64,000 bases of DNA from Macrostomum hystrix (GCA_950097015.1 CATNEN010000011.1:4154001-4218000), one strand, 5' to 3'. Shown: positions 11,641-24,988, counted from the first letter of the stretch. Translations and numbers: made by a program. The notes: a model not told the origin generated them from the letters alone.

Positions 11641-14600
11641 AATTAAGCGGAGTTGGTTTCGACCTATTCAGAGTGTCTGCTTTCATAGACTTGAACACAG
11701 CTTAATAGTCTGGCCACATTGACCAATCAGAGGGCCGGCATCCCACGCAGCTCCCTGACAGGCTCCTATCTTCATCAATCTCTTAAGCTCTACAGCATCG
11801 CTCTATACAGATACGCCTATTTCACCATGTGTGTTTCTTTCGCTCTTGACTTTCGTCCTCCCGGCTAGCTGCGCGATGAGGTAAATACGGCTGCAATTCT
11901 GCAGCCTGGATGGCAACCACCGAGCGATCCTCTCTGCCCAACAATCAAACGGGATCGAGACTGGCAGCTGGTAGAGTGAACGAGAAAATCCTGCTTCCCT
12001 GATGGAATCCGTGTGCATGTTTTCTTCGAAAAGGAGCGAATGAATTTGAACGGGATCTGCTTATGGGTCTTGTGTATGTGTGCGTCTGTTCATTGGTTTT
12101 TAGTGTCCATGTGCTACTACCGTTGACTTTGATGCGTGTCCTTCAACTAGTGAGTGATTGCATCAAGTTGAATCTCGAAACTGAAATCAAGACTGATTCC
12201 TGATTTCGCGCGTTCCACCATACCGGGTTCAGTGGCGGGTACAAAATATGTCTAAGGGCGGACCTCTCAGTTTGTCTTTAGCTCTTTACTCCAGATGAAA
12301 GCTCTGTTTAGTCCGAATAGATAATAGTTTAACAAAAGCCAGGACGTTGTCAAATTAACACTTGTCTATGGCCAATCTTACGGATTCGACACAACAATGA
12401 ATCGTTTAATTGTTGTCGTTCAATCGTTTACTGAACTTGTTCAGTTATATTACTGACTCTTTCCAGTTTCACAAGTCTCTTTTGATCGAATAAGAGGTTA
12501 CTCAAACTACTATCGCATATTCAGTGAAAAAAAACACTTTACCAAAGCTGGCGATGCTGTGGCTGTACTGGCAATGTCCGCTGACGGAAAAGCCACAATG
12601 AGCGGATCTGCAAGTGACGGCGGGAAGTTACTCGCGGGTAGTCTCCAACTGCTTGAGCTATTTCTAATTTGATTTCGCATGCCGCTCAACTTCTGATATG
12701 AGATGACGGATTTTTGTTTGAAGATGAGCACAGTGAGGAACTGGTTGATATTTGAGTTCAATATCTACATGGACAGGGCAGTGTTAATTAGCTCGGTATT
12801 TAGCAAACGAATAAAATAGACGAGGGAGTGCAATCTCGACCAGTAACTTATGGCAATAAAAATTGACGGAAAATTGTCTAACTCAAATATTCTGAGGAAA
12901 TTGCAGCAATGTTACTCTGGCCTGATCTGACATGCCATTGGCGGACAGTGAAGTTATGTTGTCTCTTGCTTAAACAGGTTTGCAATAAATGCTTTGACTT
13001 CGGCAAGAGCTCTAGCCTTTCGCATTATGCATTCCTCGCATGACTGACTCTTTTGGTAGAATATCGAAAGCATTGCATGCGGTACTTATGGGACTGCACA
13101 GTTAATTAATGCCATGTTTCTCTGCTGTTGCTATGGGACTTTGGCTAGTGTGGCTCCATTAATTTAGCCATTTCAATTCTGACTACTGGCACTTCGAGAC
13201 CCATTGCTGAGCAAAGAACATATACACCACTCTAGCTATGAGCATGAGCATATACACCACTCTAGCTATGAGCATGAGCATATACACCACTCTAGCTATG
13301 AGCATGAGCATATACACCACTCTAGCTATGAGCATGAGCATATACACCACTCTAGCTATGAGCATGAGCATATACACCACTCTAGCTATGAGCATGGGCA
13401 TATACACCACTCTAGCTATGAGCATGAGCATATACACCACTCTAGCTATGAGCATGAGCATATACACCACTCTAGCTATGAGCATGAGCATATACACCAC
13501 TCTAGCTATGAGCATGAGCATATACACCACTCTAGCTATGAGCATGAGCATATACACCACTCTAGCTATGAGCATGGGCATATACACCACTCTAGCTATG
13601 AGCATGAGCATATACACCACTCTAGCTATGAGCATGAGCATATACACCACTCTAGCTATGAGCATGAGCATATACACCACTCTAGCTATGAGCATGAGCA
13701 TATACACCACTCTAGCTATGAGCATGAGCATATACACCACTCTAGCTATGAGCATGGGCATATACACCACTCTAGCTATGAGCATGAGCATATACACCAC
13801 TCTAGCTATGAGCATGAGCATATACACCACTCTAGCTATGAGCATGAGCATATACACCACTCTAGCTATGAGCATGAGCATATACACCACTCTAGCTATG
13901 AGCTTGCATGTTTGACTTCTTGCCGATAAAATAAAAGGAATGTAACATGTTAGATATGAGTATATCAACTTAGACAGGAATGTAACATGTCAGATTTGAG
14001 TATATCATCTTAGACAGGAATGTAACCTGTTAGATAGGAATGTAACCTGTTAGATAGGAATGTAACCTGTTAGATAGGAATATAACCTGTTAGATAGGAG
14101 TGTACCCTATTAGATAGGAATGTAACCTGTTAGATAGGAATGTAACCTGTTAGATAGGAATGTAACCTGTTAGATAGGAATATAACCTGTTAGATAGGAG
14201 TGTACCCTATTAGATAGGAATGTAACCTGTTAGATAGGAATGTAACCTGTTAGATAGGAATGTAACCTGTTAGATAGGAATGTAACCTGTTAGATAGGAC
14301 TCTTTCAGCACTGTAAACTTGACGGGAGTGATGGATGCAGAAAGAATTAGAAGCTCCTTGTTTGCTAGCTGTGTCACAGAGCTAAAATTTCTCTGCCTCG
14401 ATCGCAATTCTATTTATTTTCAATTCCTTTAAGCCACATATTGCCCCCCGTCAGGGACAGGAATCCAATGCAATGAGAGACCAGCGAAAAAAAATTTGCA
14501 TAAACGATGCGAATCGACTAACATAATCGACCAGCAGTCATGTGCTGCACGATTAGAGGCAGTGTCCTGTTTAGGACCTTCCGCTAAGGCACAACAGAGT

Positions 14601-17600
14601 TTAGTCTATTGTTGATCCCACCATATCATCAAATAATCCCCAAATGCGTTCGTGTTTAGGCATAGTTTTAGGCATACTTCCAACTAGCCCAAGATTGTCT
14701 GACACGATAGATGCGTGACTTACAACTGGTTTAGATCTCAAGCTGAACTACGAGCTATGTTTAATTTCTGGCTCGGGTTAAACTACTTCGCTAGCATCAT
14801 CTTCCTTTCAGATAATCATTTATGTCGCAGAATTATGACTAACTCACAACTGGAGACACAAAATGTTAGACAGGATTATATACTGTTAGACAGAAGTATA
14901 TACTGTTAGACAGGATTATATACTGTTAGACAGAAGTATATACTGTTAGACAGGATTGTATACTGTTAGACAGAAGTATATACTGTTAGACAGGATTGTA
15001 TACTGTTAGACAGGAGTATATACTGTTAGACAGGATTGTATACTGTTAGACAGGAGTGTATACTGTTAGACAGGATTGTATACTGTTAGACAGGAGTACA
15101 TACTGTTAGACAGGAGTACATACTGTTAGACAGGAGTACATACTGTTAGACAAATCCGCGTCTCAAACTATGCAAGCCTGATGACAGAAACAAACATCTG
15201 TTTCTATCCAGTAAATCATCAATTATTCCTAGAAAATTGGAGAGCTGAGTCAGGCAAATTTGAAGTTGAGCAGGCTGCATGCTCTGTTGAGAAAATCCAC
15301 TGAATAAACTAAATGATATGTGGACAGAAAATGAATAGGTGATGGAGCTGAAAGGAAGAATATTGCTGAATCGTGGGGGGCTCGCTTCAGAAGCTGTGTC
15401 AGTCCACCCACTCGATTTTCCTCAAACGTCTATTTCCTCTTCTCCTGGAAACTTTTATTCCGAGTCAAATGAATAGTTGGGGTTGCAGGGAACGGCAGTT
15501 GAAAGTGGTCCGTGTGTGCGGGCTCCACAGATCTGAAGCGCATGCTTTTAAGGCTCTTAGAAGGGAAAGAGGAATAAAGAATTATACACTTGCTGTGCCT
15601 GATTCATCCGACTATAATTGTGTGCACACTTGAGGGCTGTAGATCAGGGTTGAGGGGAGAGACGGGGCAGTAGATCAGGGTTGAGGGGATAGACGGGGCT
15701 GTAGATCAGGGCTGAGGGGAGAGACGGGGCAGTAGATCAGGGCTGAGGGGAGAGACGGGGCAGTAGATCAGGGTTGAGGGGATAGACGGGGCTGTAGATC
15801 AGGGCTGAGGGGAGAGACGGGGCAGTAGATCAGGGTTGAGGGGATAGACGGGGCTGTAGATCAGGGCTGAGGGGAGAGACGGGGCAGTAGATCAGGGCTG
15901 AGGGGAGAGACGGGGCAGTAGATCAGGGTTGAGGGGATAGACGGGGCAGTAGATCAGGGTTGAGGGGATAGACGGGGCAGCAGATCAGGGTTGAGGTGAG
16001 AGACGGGGCAGTAGATCAGGGTTGAGGGGATAGACGGGGCAGTAGATCAGGGTTGAGGGGATAGACGGGGCAGCAGATCAGGGTTGAGGTGAGAGACGGG
16101 GCAGTAGATCAGGGTTGAGGGGATAGACGGGGCAGTAGATCAGGGTTGAGGGGATAGACGGGGCAGCAGATCAGGGTTGAGGGGATAGACGGGGCAGTAG
16201 ATCAGGGTTGAGGGGAGAGACGGGGCAGCAGATCAGGGTTGAGGGGAGAGACGGGGCAGTAGATCAGGGTTGAGGGGATAGACGGGGCAGCAGATCAGGG
16301 TTGAGGGGAGAGACGGGGCAGTAGATCAGGGTTGAGGGGAGAGACGGGGCAGTAGATCAGGGTTGAGGGGAGAGACGGGGCAGTAGATCAGGGTTGAGGG
16401 GAGAGACGGGGCAGTAGATCAGGGTTGAGGGGAGAGACGGGGCAGTAGATCAGGGTTGAGGGGATAGACGGGGCAGCAGATCAGGGTTGAGGGGAGAGAC
16501 GGGGCAGTAGATCAGGGTTGAGGGGAGAGACGGGGCAGTAGATTAGGGTTGAGGGGAGAGACGGGGCAGTAGATCAGGGTTGAGGGGAGAGACGGGGCAG
16601 TAGATCAGGGTTGAGGGGAGAGACGGGGCAGTAGATCAGGGTTGAGGGGAGAGACGGGGCAGTAGATCAGGGTTGAGGGGAGAGACGGGGCAGTAGATCA
16701 GGGTTGAGGGGAGAGACGGGGCAGTAGATCAGGGTTGAGGTGAGAGACGGGGTAGTAGATTAAGGAAGAGGGGAAGAGACGGAGTAGTAGATTGGGGTTG
16801 AGGGGGAATTGATTGGGTAGGAGATTGGGGTAGAGGGGAGAGAGATGGGGTAGGAATTCAAGTACAAACGAAGTCAGTAAAGCATATTCGCTCCTACGCA
16901 AACTAGATAATTCTTAAATCTGCAAAGAAAATTCTCAGGGTGGAATAAAAAATGGAGTTCAGGTAAAAATAAACAATTCAGCGATGCAGACACTAATGCC
17001 ACAAGATTTTAGTAGCCCAAAGCAGTAACTTTGGGGGGAAAATCTTTGAATTTTTTACCTTAACGTTATTTACATTCCTCCGACCCGAAACGTAAAACTT
17101 TGGATTTACGTCCCTGTGATGTTCACGTTCCTGTAATGTTTTTCTTGCTGCAACAAATCCCATAGCATCTGGGGAGATATATCCCTACACCTGCAGAGTT
17201 TGTATCTGCGCTTTGCTTTCAAGAATTCTGCCTATACAGTTTTTGACGTCTAAATATGAAGTTGTAACCGTAAAATATTGCATTAGGGTGTAACTAAAAG
17301 GATTTTACGATGAAACAACTCACACTTAATGGTTGGAGAAACCTGTCACTGACTCGCTTTTAACCTTTTTTATTGAAGGATTCTAACTTTTAATATTCTA
17401 GAGTATCTCTCACTCTCTCCCTCTCTCACTCTCCCACTCTCTCACTCTCTCACTCTCTCCCTCTCTCACTCTCTCACTCTCCCACTCTCTCACTCTCTCA
17501 CTCTCTCACTCTCTCACTCTCTCCCTCTCTCACTCTCTCACTCTCCCACTCTCTCACTCTCTCACTCTCTCACTCTCTCACTCTCTCACTCTCTCCCTCT

Positions 17601-20600
17601 CTCACTCTCTCACTCTCCCACTCTCTCACTCTCTCACTCTCTCCCTCTCTCACTCTCTCACTCTCCCACTCTCTCCCTCTCTTACTCTCTCACTCTCTCA
17701 CTCTCTCACTCTCTCACTCTCCCACTCTCTCACTCTCTCACTCTCTCACTCTCTCACTCTCCCACTCTCTCACTCTCTCACTCTCTCACTCTCTCACTCT
17801 CCCACTCTCTCACTCTCTCACTCTCTCACTCTCTCCCTCTCTCACTCTCTCACTCTCCCACTCTCTCACTCTCCCACTCTCTCACTCTCTCACTCTCTCA
17901 CTCTCTCACTCTCTCACTCTCTCACTCTCTCACTCTCTCCCTCTCTCACTCTCTCACTCTCCCACTCTCTCACTCTCTCACTCTCTCACTCTCTCACTCT
18001 CTCACTCTCTCCCTCTCTCACTCTCTCACTCTCTCACTCTCTCACTCTCTCACTCTCTCACTCTCTCACTCTCTCACTCTCTCACTCTCTCACTCTCCCA
18101 CTCTCTCACTCTCTCACTCTCTCACTCTCTCACTCTCTCCCTCTCTCACTCTCCCACTCTCTCACTCTCTCACTCTCTCACTCTCTCCCTCTCTCACTCT
18201 CTCACTCTCCCACTCTCTCCCTCTCTTACTCTCTCACTCTCTCACTCTCTCACTCTCTCACTCTCCCACTCTCTCACTCTCTCACTCTCTCACTCTCTCA
18301 CTCTCCCACTCTCTCACTCTCTCACTCTCTCACTCTCTCACTCTCTCCCTCTCTCACTCTCTCACTCTCCCACTCTCTCACTCTCCCACTCTCTCACTCT
18401 CTCACTCTCTCACTCTCTCCCTCTCTCACTCTCTCACTCTCCCACTCTCTCACTCTCTCACTCTCTCACTCTCTCACTCTCTCACTCTCTCCCTCTCTCA
18501 CTCTCTCACTCTCTCACTCTCCCACTCTCTCACTCTCTCACTCTCTCACTCTCTCACTCTCTCACTCTCTCACTCTCTCACTCTCTCACTCTCTCACTCT
18601 CTCACTCTCTCACTCTCTCCCTCTCTCACTCTCTCACTCTCTCACTCTCCCACTCTCTCACTCTCTCACTCTCTCACTCTCCCACTCTCTCACTCTCTCC
18701 CTCTCTCACTCTCTCACTCTCTCACTCTCTCACTCTCTCACTCTCTCACTCTCTTACTCTCCCACTCTCTCACTCTCTCACTCTCTCACTCTCTTTCTCT
18801 CTCACTCTCACTCTCTCACTCTCTCACTCTCTTTCTCTCTCACTCTCACTCTCTCACTCTCTCACTCTCTCACTCTCTCACTCTTTCACTCTCTCACTCT
18901 CTCACTCTCCCTCTCTCACTCTCTTACTCTCTCACTCTCCCTCTCTCCCTCTCTCACTCTCTCACTCTCTCACTCTCTCACTCTCTCACTCTCTCACTCT
19001 CCCTCTCTCACTCTCTTACTCTCTCACTCTCCCTCTCTCCCTCTCTCACTCTCTCACTCTCTCACTCTCTCACTCTCTCACTCTCCCTCTCTCACTCTCT
19101 CACTATCTCACTCTCTTACTCTCTCACTCTCCCTCTCTCCCTCTCTCACTCTCTCACTCTCTCACTCTCTCACTCTCTCACTCTCTCACTCTCCCTCTCT
19201 CACTCTCTTACTCTCTCACTCTCCCTCTCTCCCTCTCTCACTCTCTCACTCTCTCACTCTCTCACTCTCTCACTCTCCCTCTCTCACTCTCTCACTATCT
19301 CACTCTCTCACTTTCATAAAAACTCCATAAGTCTCCACCCTTTCATTTCTTAGTATCGCTGTCTCAGGATCTTATTATTCATCTTCTTATTTTCACATAC
19401 AGTCGGTACGCAGACATCTTTTTACCTTTCGTTTCTCCTTCTCCCTAACCCTCTGTAATATTATACTCTGGCTTTTCGGGGAATATCCTTATCTAAGGTG
19501 CTGGCAGGCAAAAAGGAAACAAATGATTTCCCTATTGCAGTGTCTCAACTCTAATTAAGAGGAAAAGCTGGCACTCTCCCATTGGATTGCAGGTCAATTT
19601 CCTAACCCCCAGTAATGCATAGCTGAACTAGCCATTCATACATTTCTTGTTGCTTTTTTTCGCACTATGTACAATCTTTGCGATAATGCCAAACAGGAAA
19701 ATCGGTTGGTCAGCTGGGTCACTGTATGGTGTGGCCGGCAATAGTGTGAATCCTGAGGCATTTATGACCTTAGATAATTATTCGTTCATTTATTCCTCTC
19801 TTACTGTCTGTTTAGATCAGTTAATTCTTATTATGGGAATCATGCAAGCCACGTGTTGGAAAATGCTTAATGGAAATGACTTCACTTTAGCAATAGTTAA
19901 TAAATTTTAAAACAACGTTATTTTTTTCTTTTACTTGTAATTTTACTTTTTGTAACGTTTAACTTCTTCTTTGACTTTAACTGCATTGTGCTCTACTTGT
20001 CAGTAGAGTAGTTGAGAAATTTTGTTACTAAAGAGAGAAAAAAGCTAAACCAGATACGCTAGCTTTGACTGAAACGGGAGTTGAAGTAGTTATAGATTGT
20101 TGAGGAGAGTATAAAGCGGAGAATAGATGAGTAAGACTGGGAGAAGTGAGACTAGATACCCTCGATAAGAATCGATAAGGATTTGTCTTTCCGGTTTCTA
20201 GATTCAAAGCTCCATGAATGAGCTGCACCAAAAAGCTCCAACTAATAGGCTTACCATGCAGGTTGACAGTTGTCTCACAAATCAATGTTTCTATCGATTC
20301 TTTGTTGCTGTCCTCGGTGACTAATTCGCATCCTTCAAGCTGACGACGCTTTGGACTCGAGGCCTCTTCGTAGGTCTCATCGAAATGGCTGCAATCGCTC
20401 GGCTCTTCCTGACTGCAGGTGCCGTTGTTGTTGGCGTCCCAGTTTTCGCATCGATCGCGAGACACTAGTCGATCTTCCACTTTCTCACTCTCGCCCTCGC
20501 TGGCTGTGACAAACGAGTCGCAGCAAGAGCTCTCAACGGCTGTCAGATAACAGCAGCCGGATGACTGCGATGCTTCTGAGCAAGGAGATTTAGGAGCGGC

Positions 20601-22226
20601 CTCCTCAACTTCCTCTTCAGCGATAGGGAACAGACAACGACTGCTGCCCTCAAGCCAGCCATTGTTTGCCCGCAGAATTGCTTGAATCTTCAAGTACTCG
20701 GCATGCTGATCCGCAGTCTCTTCATTGCCGTCGGTATCACAACTTGAGTCGCTATCGTGGTCCGGTCTAGCTGGCAGCGGAGGCGGCGGTGGTGGAATGA
20801 AGAAGTTGTCGTCTAGAGTGGCATTCGCACTTTCGGCGCACGGGCTTGTCGACCAAAGTTTCTCCTCCTGGTGAAAATCGAAGCCCCACTCCTCATTTTG
20901 ATCTTCTTCTTGTTCATCCCACAAGAGAGCCTTCCGACCAGAGGACGCCCAGTGCCGCGGTGTTGGTGGCGGCGGCTGCTGCTGCTGCTGCTGCTGCAAA
21001 ACTTGATGACCCTCTAAAATCGCCGATTCACCACCTTGAGGACTCGACTGACCATCAGGAGATGGTCGTGAGGCAAATTCGTTGGCATCCGCCTCGTCCG
21101 CACCCTCTTCCGTGTCTTCACTGTCACCTCCATCATTGTAGACACTCTTGTCGCCTCCTCGACTGTCCGCGCTACCATTTTCCAGCAGCCGTTTGCGCAG
21201 GTTTTCCAGATCGGCGCGAATCTCAGCCAAACGATCCAGCACGTCGGCATAGTTCAACGGCGGTTGTCGCTGCTCAAACTTTTCTTCTTGCTGCTCAGAA
21301 ACTTCCGATGAGGCAACAATTGTCGTTGGAGTCGACGGCGCTGATGGCAGCAGAATCGGAGGTTGGGCTGCCGCAGGAGCATATAGCCAGGTGAAAACTG
21401 ACGCCGCACATCGTCGCAGAGTCTGTTCACTAGATTTCAAGGCTTCATTTGGCTGATTCGATTGATCGATGGTAGCTTCTTCCTGGAGCAGCTGAAGCTG
21501 CTGAGGTGGAGTTCTTCCAGGTTGCTGATCAGCCGTCAAGTCCGCCGCCTCTTGTCGTACAATCAGTGTTATCTGGTGTTCGTCTTCACTTGCAACTGTC
21601 AACTGATCAACTTGCTGCAAAACTTTCTCAATGCTAGACTCATTCAATGCATCGACAACATTTGACTTGCTGTCAGTTGTACTATCCTGGATGCCTCTGT
21701 GTTGAGGAATTCTCACACCGATGCTTGCCTGCAGACTGCGCTTAAAGAAACCCTCGACACCGACGGCACCGCTGGGTCGAGCGTCATCCCAGTTGGCGTC
21801 AGCGGTCGAGATGGTCGCTGCAGAGCAGTTTACTCGAAACCAGAAGCCGGCGTACTGACGCCTGACATAGGCGGCATAGCTGTGCAGACAGCGCGAACCA
21901 GTTGCTGCGCTGCCACCGTTAGAGCTGCTGCCCAGCTGCACCCGCCGCTCCAGGTCTCGGTTGTAGTCGTCGATTGTCAGAGACGGCAATTTCAACAGTG
22001 GCGGCGGCGGCGGCGGCTGCTGCGCCGGCGCTGGAGACGACGGAGACAAAGAAGATTCCTTCAAGCTCTGCTGCTTATTCTCGTTCGACGTAGAGGACTG
22101 CATTCGCTGCTTCTGTCCCCGGTAGCCAACCGCGGCAGCCGTGACCGCGGCGGCTGCTGCGGCCGCTGCTGCAACGGCTGTTCTGCTTCCGCGTCGGCTT
22201 GGCAGAGCTAGGAACCTGCTGAACAT
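6034..22226 (-). CDS. Large MYND-type zinc-finger protein, apical junction molecule AJM1-like (~1981 aa)
   Basis: Exons 22226-20255, 11663-10995, 9644-8279, 7972-6034 join with consistent phases 1/1/2 (5946 nt). The last exon has MYND CSNPRC..CPNCPAVGYCSDPCRRAHWAAHSRVC, then an alpha/beta segment (RGASNAGHDGCVQLVL...PPTFLPW) and QKDLARRGVSLRHHYPLLY...PVDGNTGMRFRCRIAP, which resemble the AJM-1/C9orf172 C-terminus from memory. The ATG is uncertain because an acceptor exists at 22317/22316. Confidence 0.7.
7985..8145 (-). mobile_element. SINE family B copy (intronic)
   Basis: CAGTCCATGGACTGGGG, CCCCAGCTAATTCT, TTTTACAGCTAGTTAAACTGAA, AAGTGCCTTACTC and a B-box remnant (CTCGAACTCC). Confidence 0.7.
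13219..13903. repeat. 30-bp minisatellite (CATATACACCACTCTAGCTATGAGCATGAG) x ~23 with a 180-bp higher-order period
   Basis: Near-perfect units; A>G variant at 13397, 13577 and 13757. Confidence 0.97.
13968..14300. repeat. 20-bp minisatellite (TTAGATAGGAATGTAACCTG) x ~15
   Basis: Visible; variant units recur at a 100-bp period (14082/14182, 14100/14200). Confidence 0.95.
14864..15152. repeat. 20-bp minisatellite (TTAGACAGGATTGTATACTG/TTAGACAGAAGTATATACTG) x ~14
   Basis: Alternating dimer at the 5' end; related to the 14.0-kb array. Confidence 0.95.
15637..16760. repeat. 31-bp G-rich minisatellite (GTAGATCAGGGTTGAGGGGAGAGACGGGGCA) x ~36
   Basis: Directly visible. Confidence 0.97.
17406..19312. 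repeat. 8-bp pyrimidine-rich satellite (CTCTCTCA)n with variants, ~1.9 kb
   Basis: Directly visible. Confidence 0.97.
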
Positions 22227-24988
22227 GTCGACTCTGCCGCTACCGCTGCGACCATTCTCTGCTCTGAGATCTGGAATCTGCTTCGAAACGTTCGCTTGTG
22301 TTACTGAAAGGACTCTCTGAAAGAAACCTGTCAATGTATGCCACTTTTGTCTGCGCAATATTCGTCAACAAGCTGCTTTGTCAGTAGCGCTTCTCCCGAC
22401 TGCTCTTGCATTCCACACCCCCGTTTGAGCATGAGAAATAGGACAGAACAGCCGGCGTGGGGTGGCTGCAGCGGCTTCCCGCAGCTCAGAACTCCCTCCC
22501 AACCCACTCCCCCACCCCCTCGCCCTCCCTCTGAACTCTAGAAGGCATTCCTCATTCAATAGCCTATGCAGTGACGACTTTACTCCCACCAACCCCCACC
22601 ACCAAAGGGATATCCCCTATACGCCTGCCTTCGTCTCGCCTTCTCCCCCCTCAGAACTCTTTCTCTGTCTCTGTCTCCCCATTTTTCTTCCGTCGGCTTC
22701 GCCGTTTCGCCTTTCACAATGCCCGGGCTTCCTCGGGGTAGCCGATATAGCAATCCGTTCGTTTCAAGCACTGCTGATCAATACCGCTGTCTGATATTGG
22801 CACAATCTGAAGCACAAAATTTGGCCAAGTGCTTCACTCCAAGCAACAACAAAAACTCGGTCGGCGCCAATACTTCAATTATCAAGCATTACACGCTTGG
22901 TACAATATAGGATCCCTCTATCTTGGCCCTTCTACTCTGTGACACAGGGGGATATAGGGGAACACGATATAGGGGCAGATAGGTACAGTCAGTTTTCGAT
23001 ATCCCACAAGCTTGATTGCCACAACCCCACTTATATCTCCTATTTCGCCTGAAATCAAAGTGCGCTCAATGCGTGAACAAGGATTGGGACTATAAGCGTA
23101 CGGGGTGCAGACACTTGCTGTGGAGACTACACCACCCAGAATGCAGCGTTAAGTACGCTGAACTGCTGAACCAATTTGAGTCTCCAACCGCCTCTCTCTG
23201 TCTCTCCATAGAGTACAACACAGCAAAAGTGAACAAAATAAGATCACGAATGCACACCAGGGTATTGCTGAGGACAGATTGTATAGATTGAGCACTACTG
23301 TTTTGAGTCGCTGCTTTTGTTTTAAACAATAGCGTCGTTTATAGCATGCGACCCATTTTATTCTGCTCTGGGGGGGTTTCAGGGTTTGTTGTAAATCCCG
23401 CGCACTCGTCTTAATCCGCTCACAAACCTGAAGCAGCTCAGCTAGCTTGTGAGCTATGGCAGGCAAATGTGTGCTCAAACTCTCCTATTTGATCTTGAGA
23501 ACCTGCAGCAGACATTGAGCAAGCACACGACACCACTGAGAGAGGAGAGAAAAGTTTACCTAAGTTAAGTTTTGAGCATTCAAATATGGTTTTCCATTTA
23601 ATAACAGACCGCAGTTTTCTACTGAATTTTCAGTTCGCTTCAGTGCATCCGAAAATTTTCCTTTTTTCTTGGCCCAAAAAACATAACAGTTTTATGAATT
23701 TGGAAGCAATACATTTCCAGAAACATGCTACAAGTAATAAAAGCTGCTACTTTTTATTTGGAGAAAGTTCAAATCAAAGTAAAGGTCGCTGTACTGTTGA
23801 AAACGCTGTTAAACAAAACTTAAAAAATAGCTTTGGCTGAGTGACCATGGTGACCATGTTGTCTGAGTTGAGTCTGAGTTGGGGCCAACCTCCAAGGCAC
23901 AGTGGGAATGTACAGTGCCTGAAAATTAGATATTCAAAATGATTGAAACGGCCCAATCCATTTTTATTTTTAACAATGCGAGGCTTTACAGTAAAAATAC
24001 TACGAGCGTTTTCAAATACGTATACCTACATTTTTTCTGTACTCTTATCGTTTCAAATATTCCACAAGCTAAAATTTTCTGCTCTATCCAATGAAACAAC
24101 TTCCAGACTCATAAAACATCGGCATCGTCAAGATATTAAACGATTCTCGCCAGAGTGTCTGGTGGCAAAAACCACCAATATCGTGGTCTTTGTACTAGGG
24201 ATCAGTGATTTAGAACACTTTTAAGCTAGGACAATAGTGATTGCGAATGTGTTAAATTAGCAACAAAGGGCATTTTGCCAGTCACGTTGTATAGATAAGA
24301 TATACGAGCGTATATCCTTCTTGCAGGCAGACTTCCAAACTTTTCTCGTCGTCTGGGTTGACAGAAATGTACTTTAAACACTATTGCGTGTGAAGCGCTG
24401 AACCATCGACTTTTATCATTGACAATAGTTGGTATTGCTATGGTACTACTAACACATGGGTAGGGATTCTACGCACCCTACTGACACTGACTTCAGATGG
24501 CTGAACTGATTTCTCAGAGCTGGTATCATATATTATTTATAGTTAAGTTACAAGCGAATCTCATCCCTACACTTTTGGGAATCGCCTAGAACCAGATCGC
24601 TTCTAGTTCCAGATTCTATTTAATTAAATTATTTATAAGGTGAAATTTTATTTTTCAAACCTAACTACTAGCGACGCGCGATAAGTAGAGTAACAGGCAG
24701 ATATTTTTGGTCGGTTATCAGTCCAAGACAAGCTTTCAATAGACAATCCCTGAATGTACACCAAAGTCACAAAGCAAAGGTGCAGATTTTACATAGCTTA
24801 TGACAGATAAAATGTACCCAAAAGGTTCTTAGGTTCAAAGGGTATAGCACCAGCATGACATTTAGAAAGGCCATATTCATAGTCCAGCCAGTCAGTTCGT
24901 TCATTTCACGCCCTAGCTAGTGAAACTCGCAGGGTTGCAGAAAGTTTTTTGAGTACTTTCTCGCTCTGGAAACCGCCCACTCTCAAAC

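Noticed and set aside
13183-13968. Long repeat ORFs (His/Glu-rich EHEHIHHSSY, LIARVVYMLM, MSMSIYTTLA)
   Set aside because: By-products of a 30-bp unit lacking stops in some frames; intronic, with no splice or start context.
23150-23175. Antisense SSAY suggesting a reverse-transcriptase YADD motif
   Set aside because: The + strand reads YAEL, with no other RT motifs.
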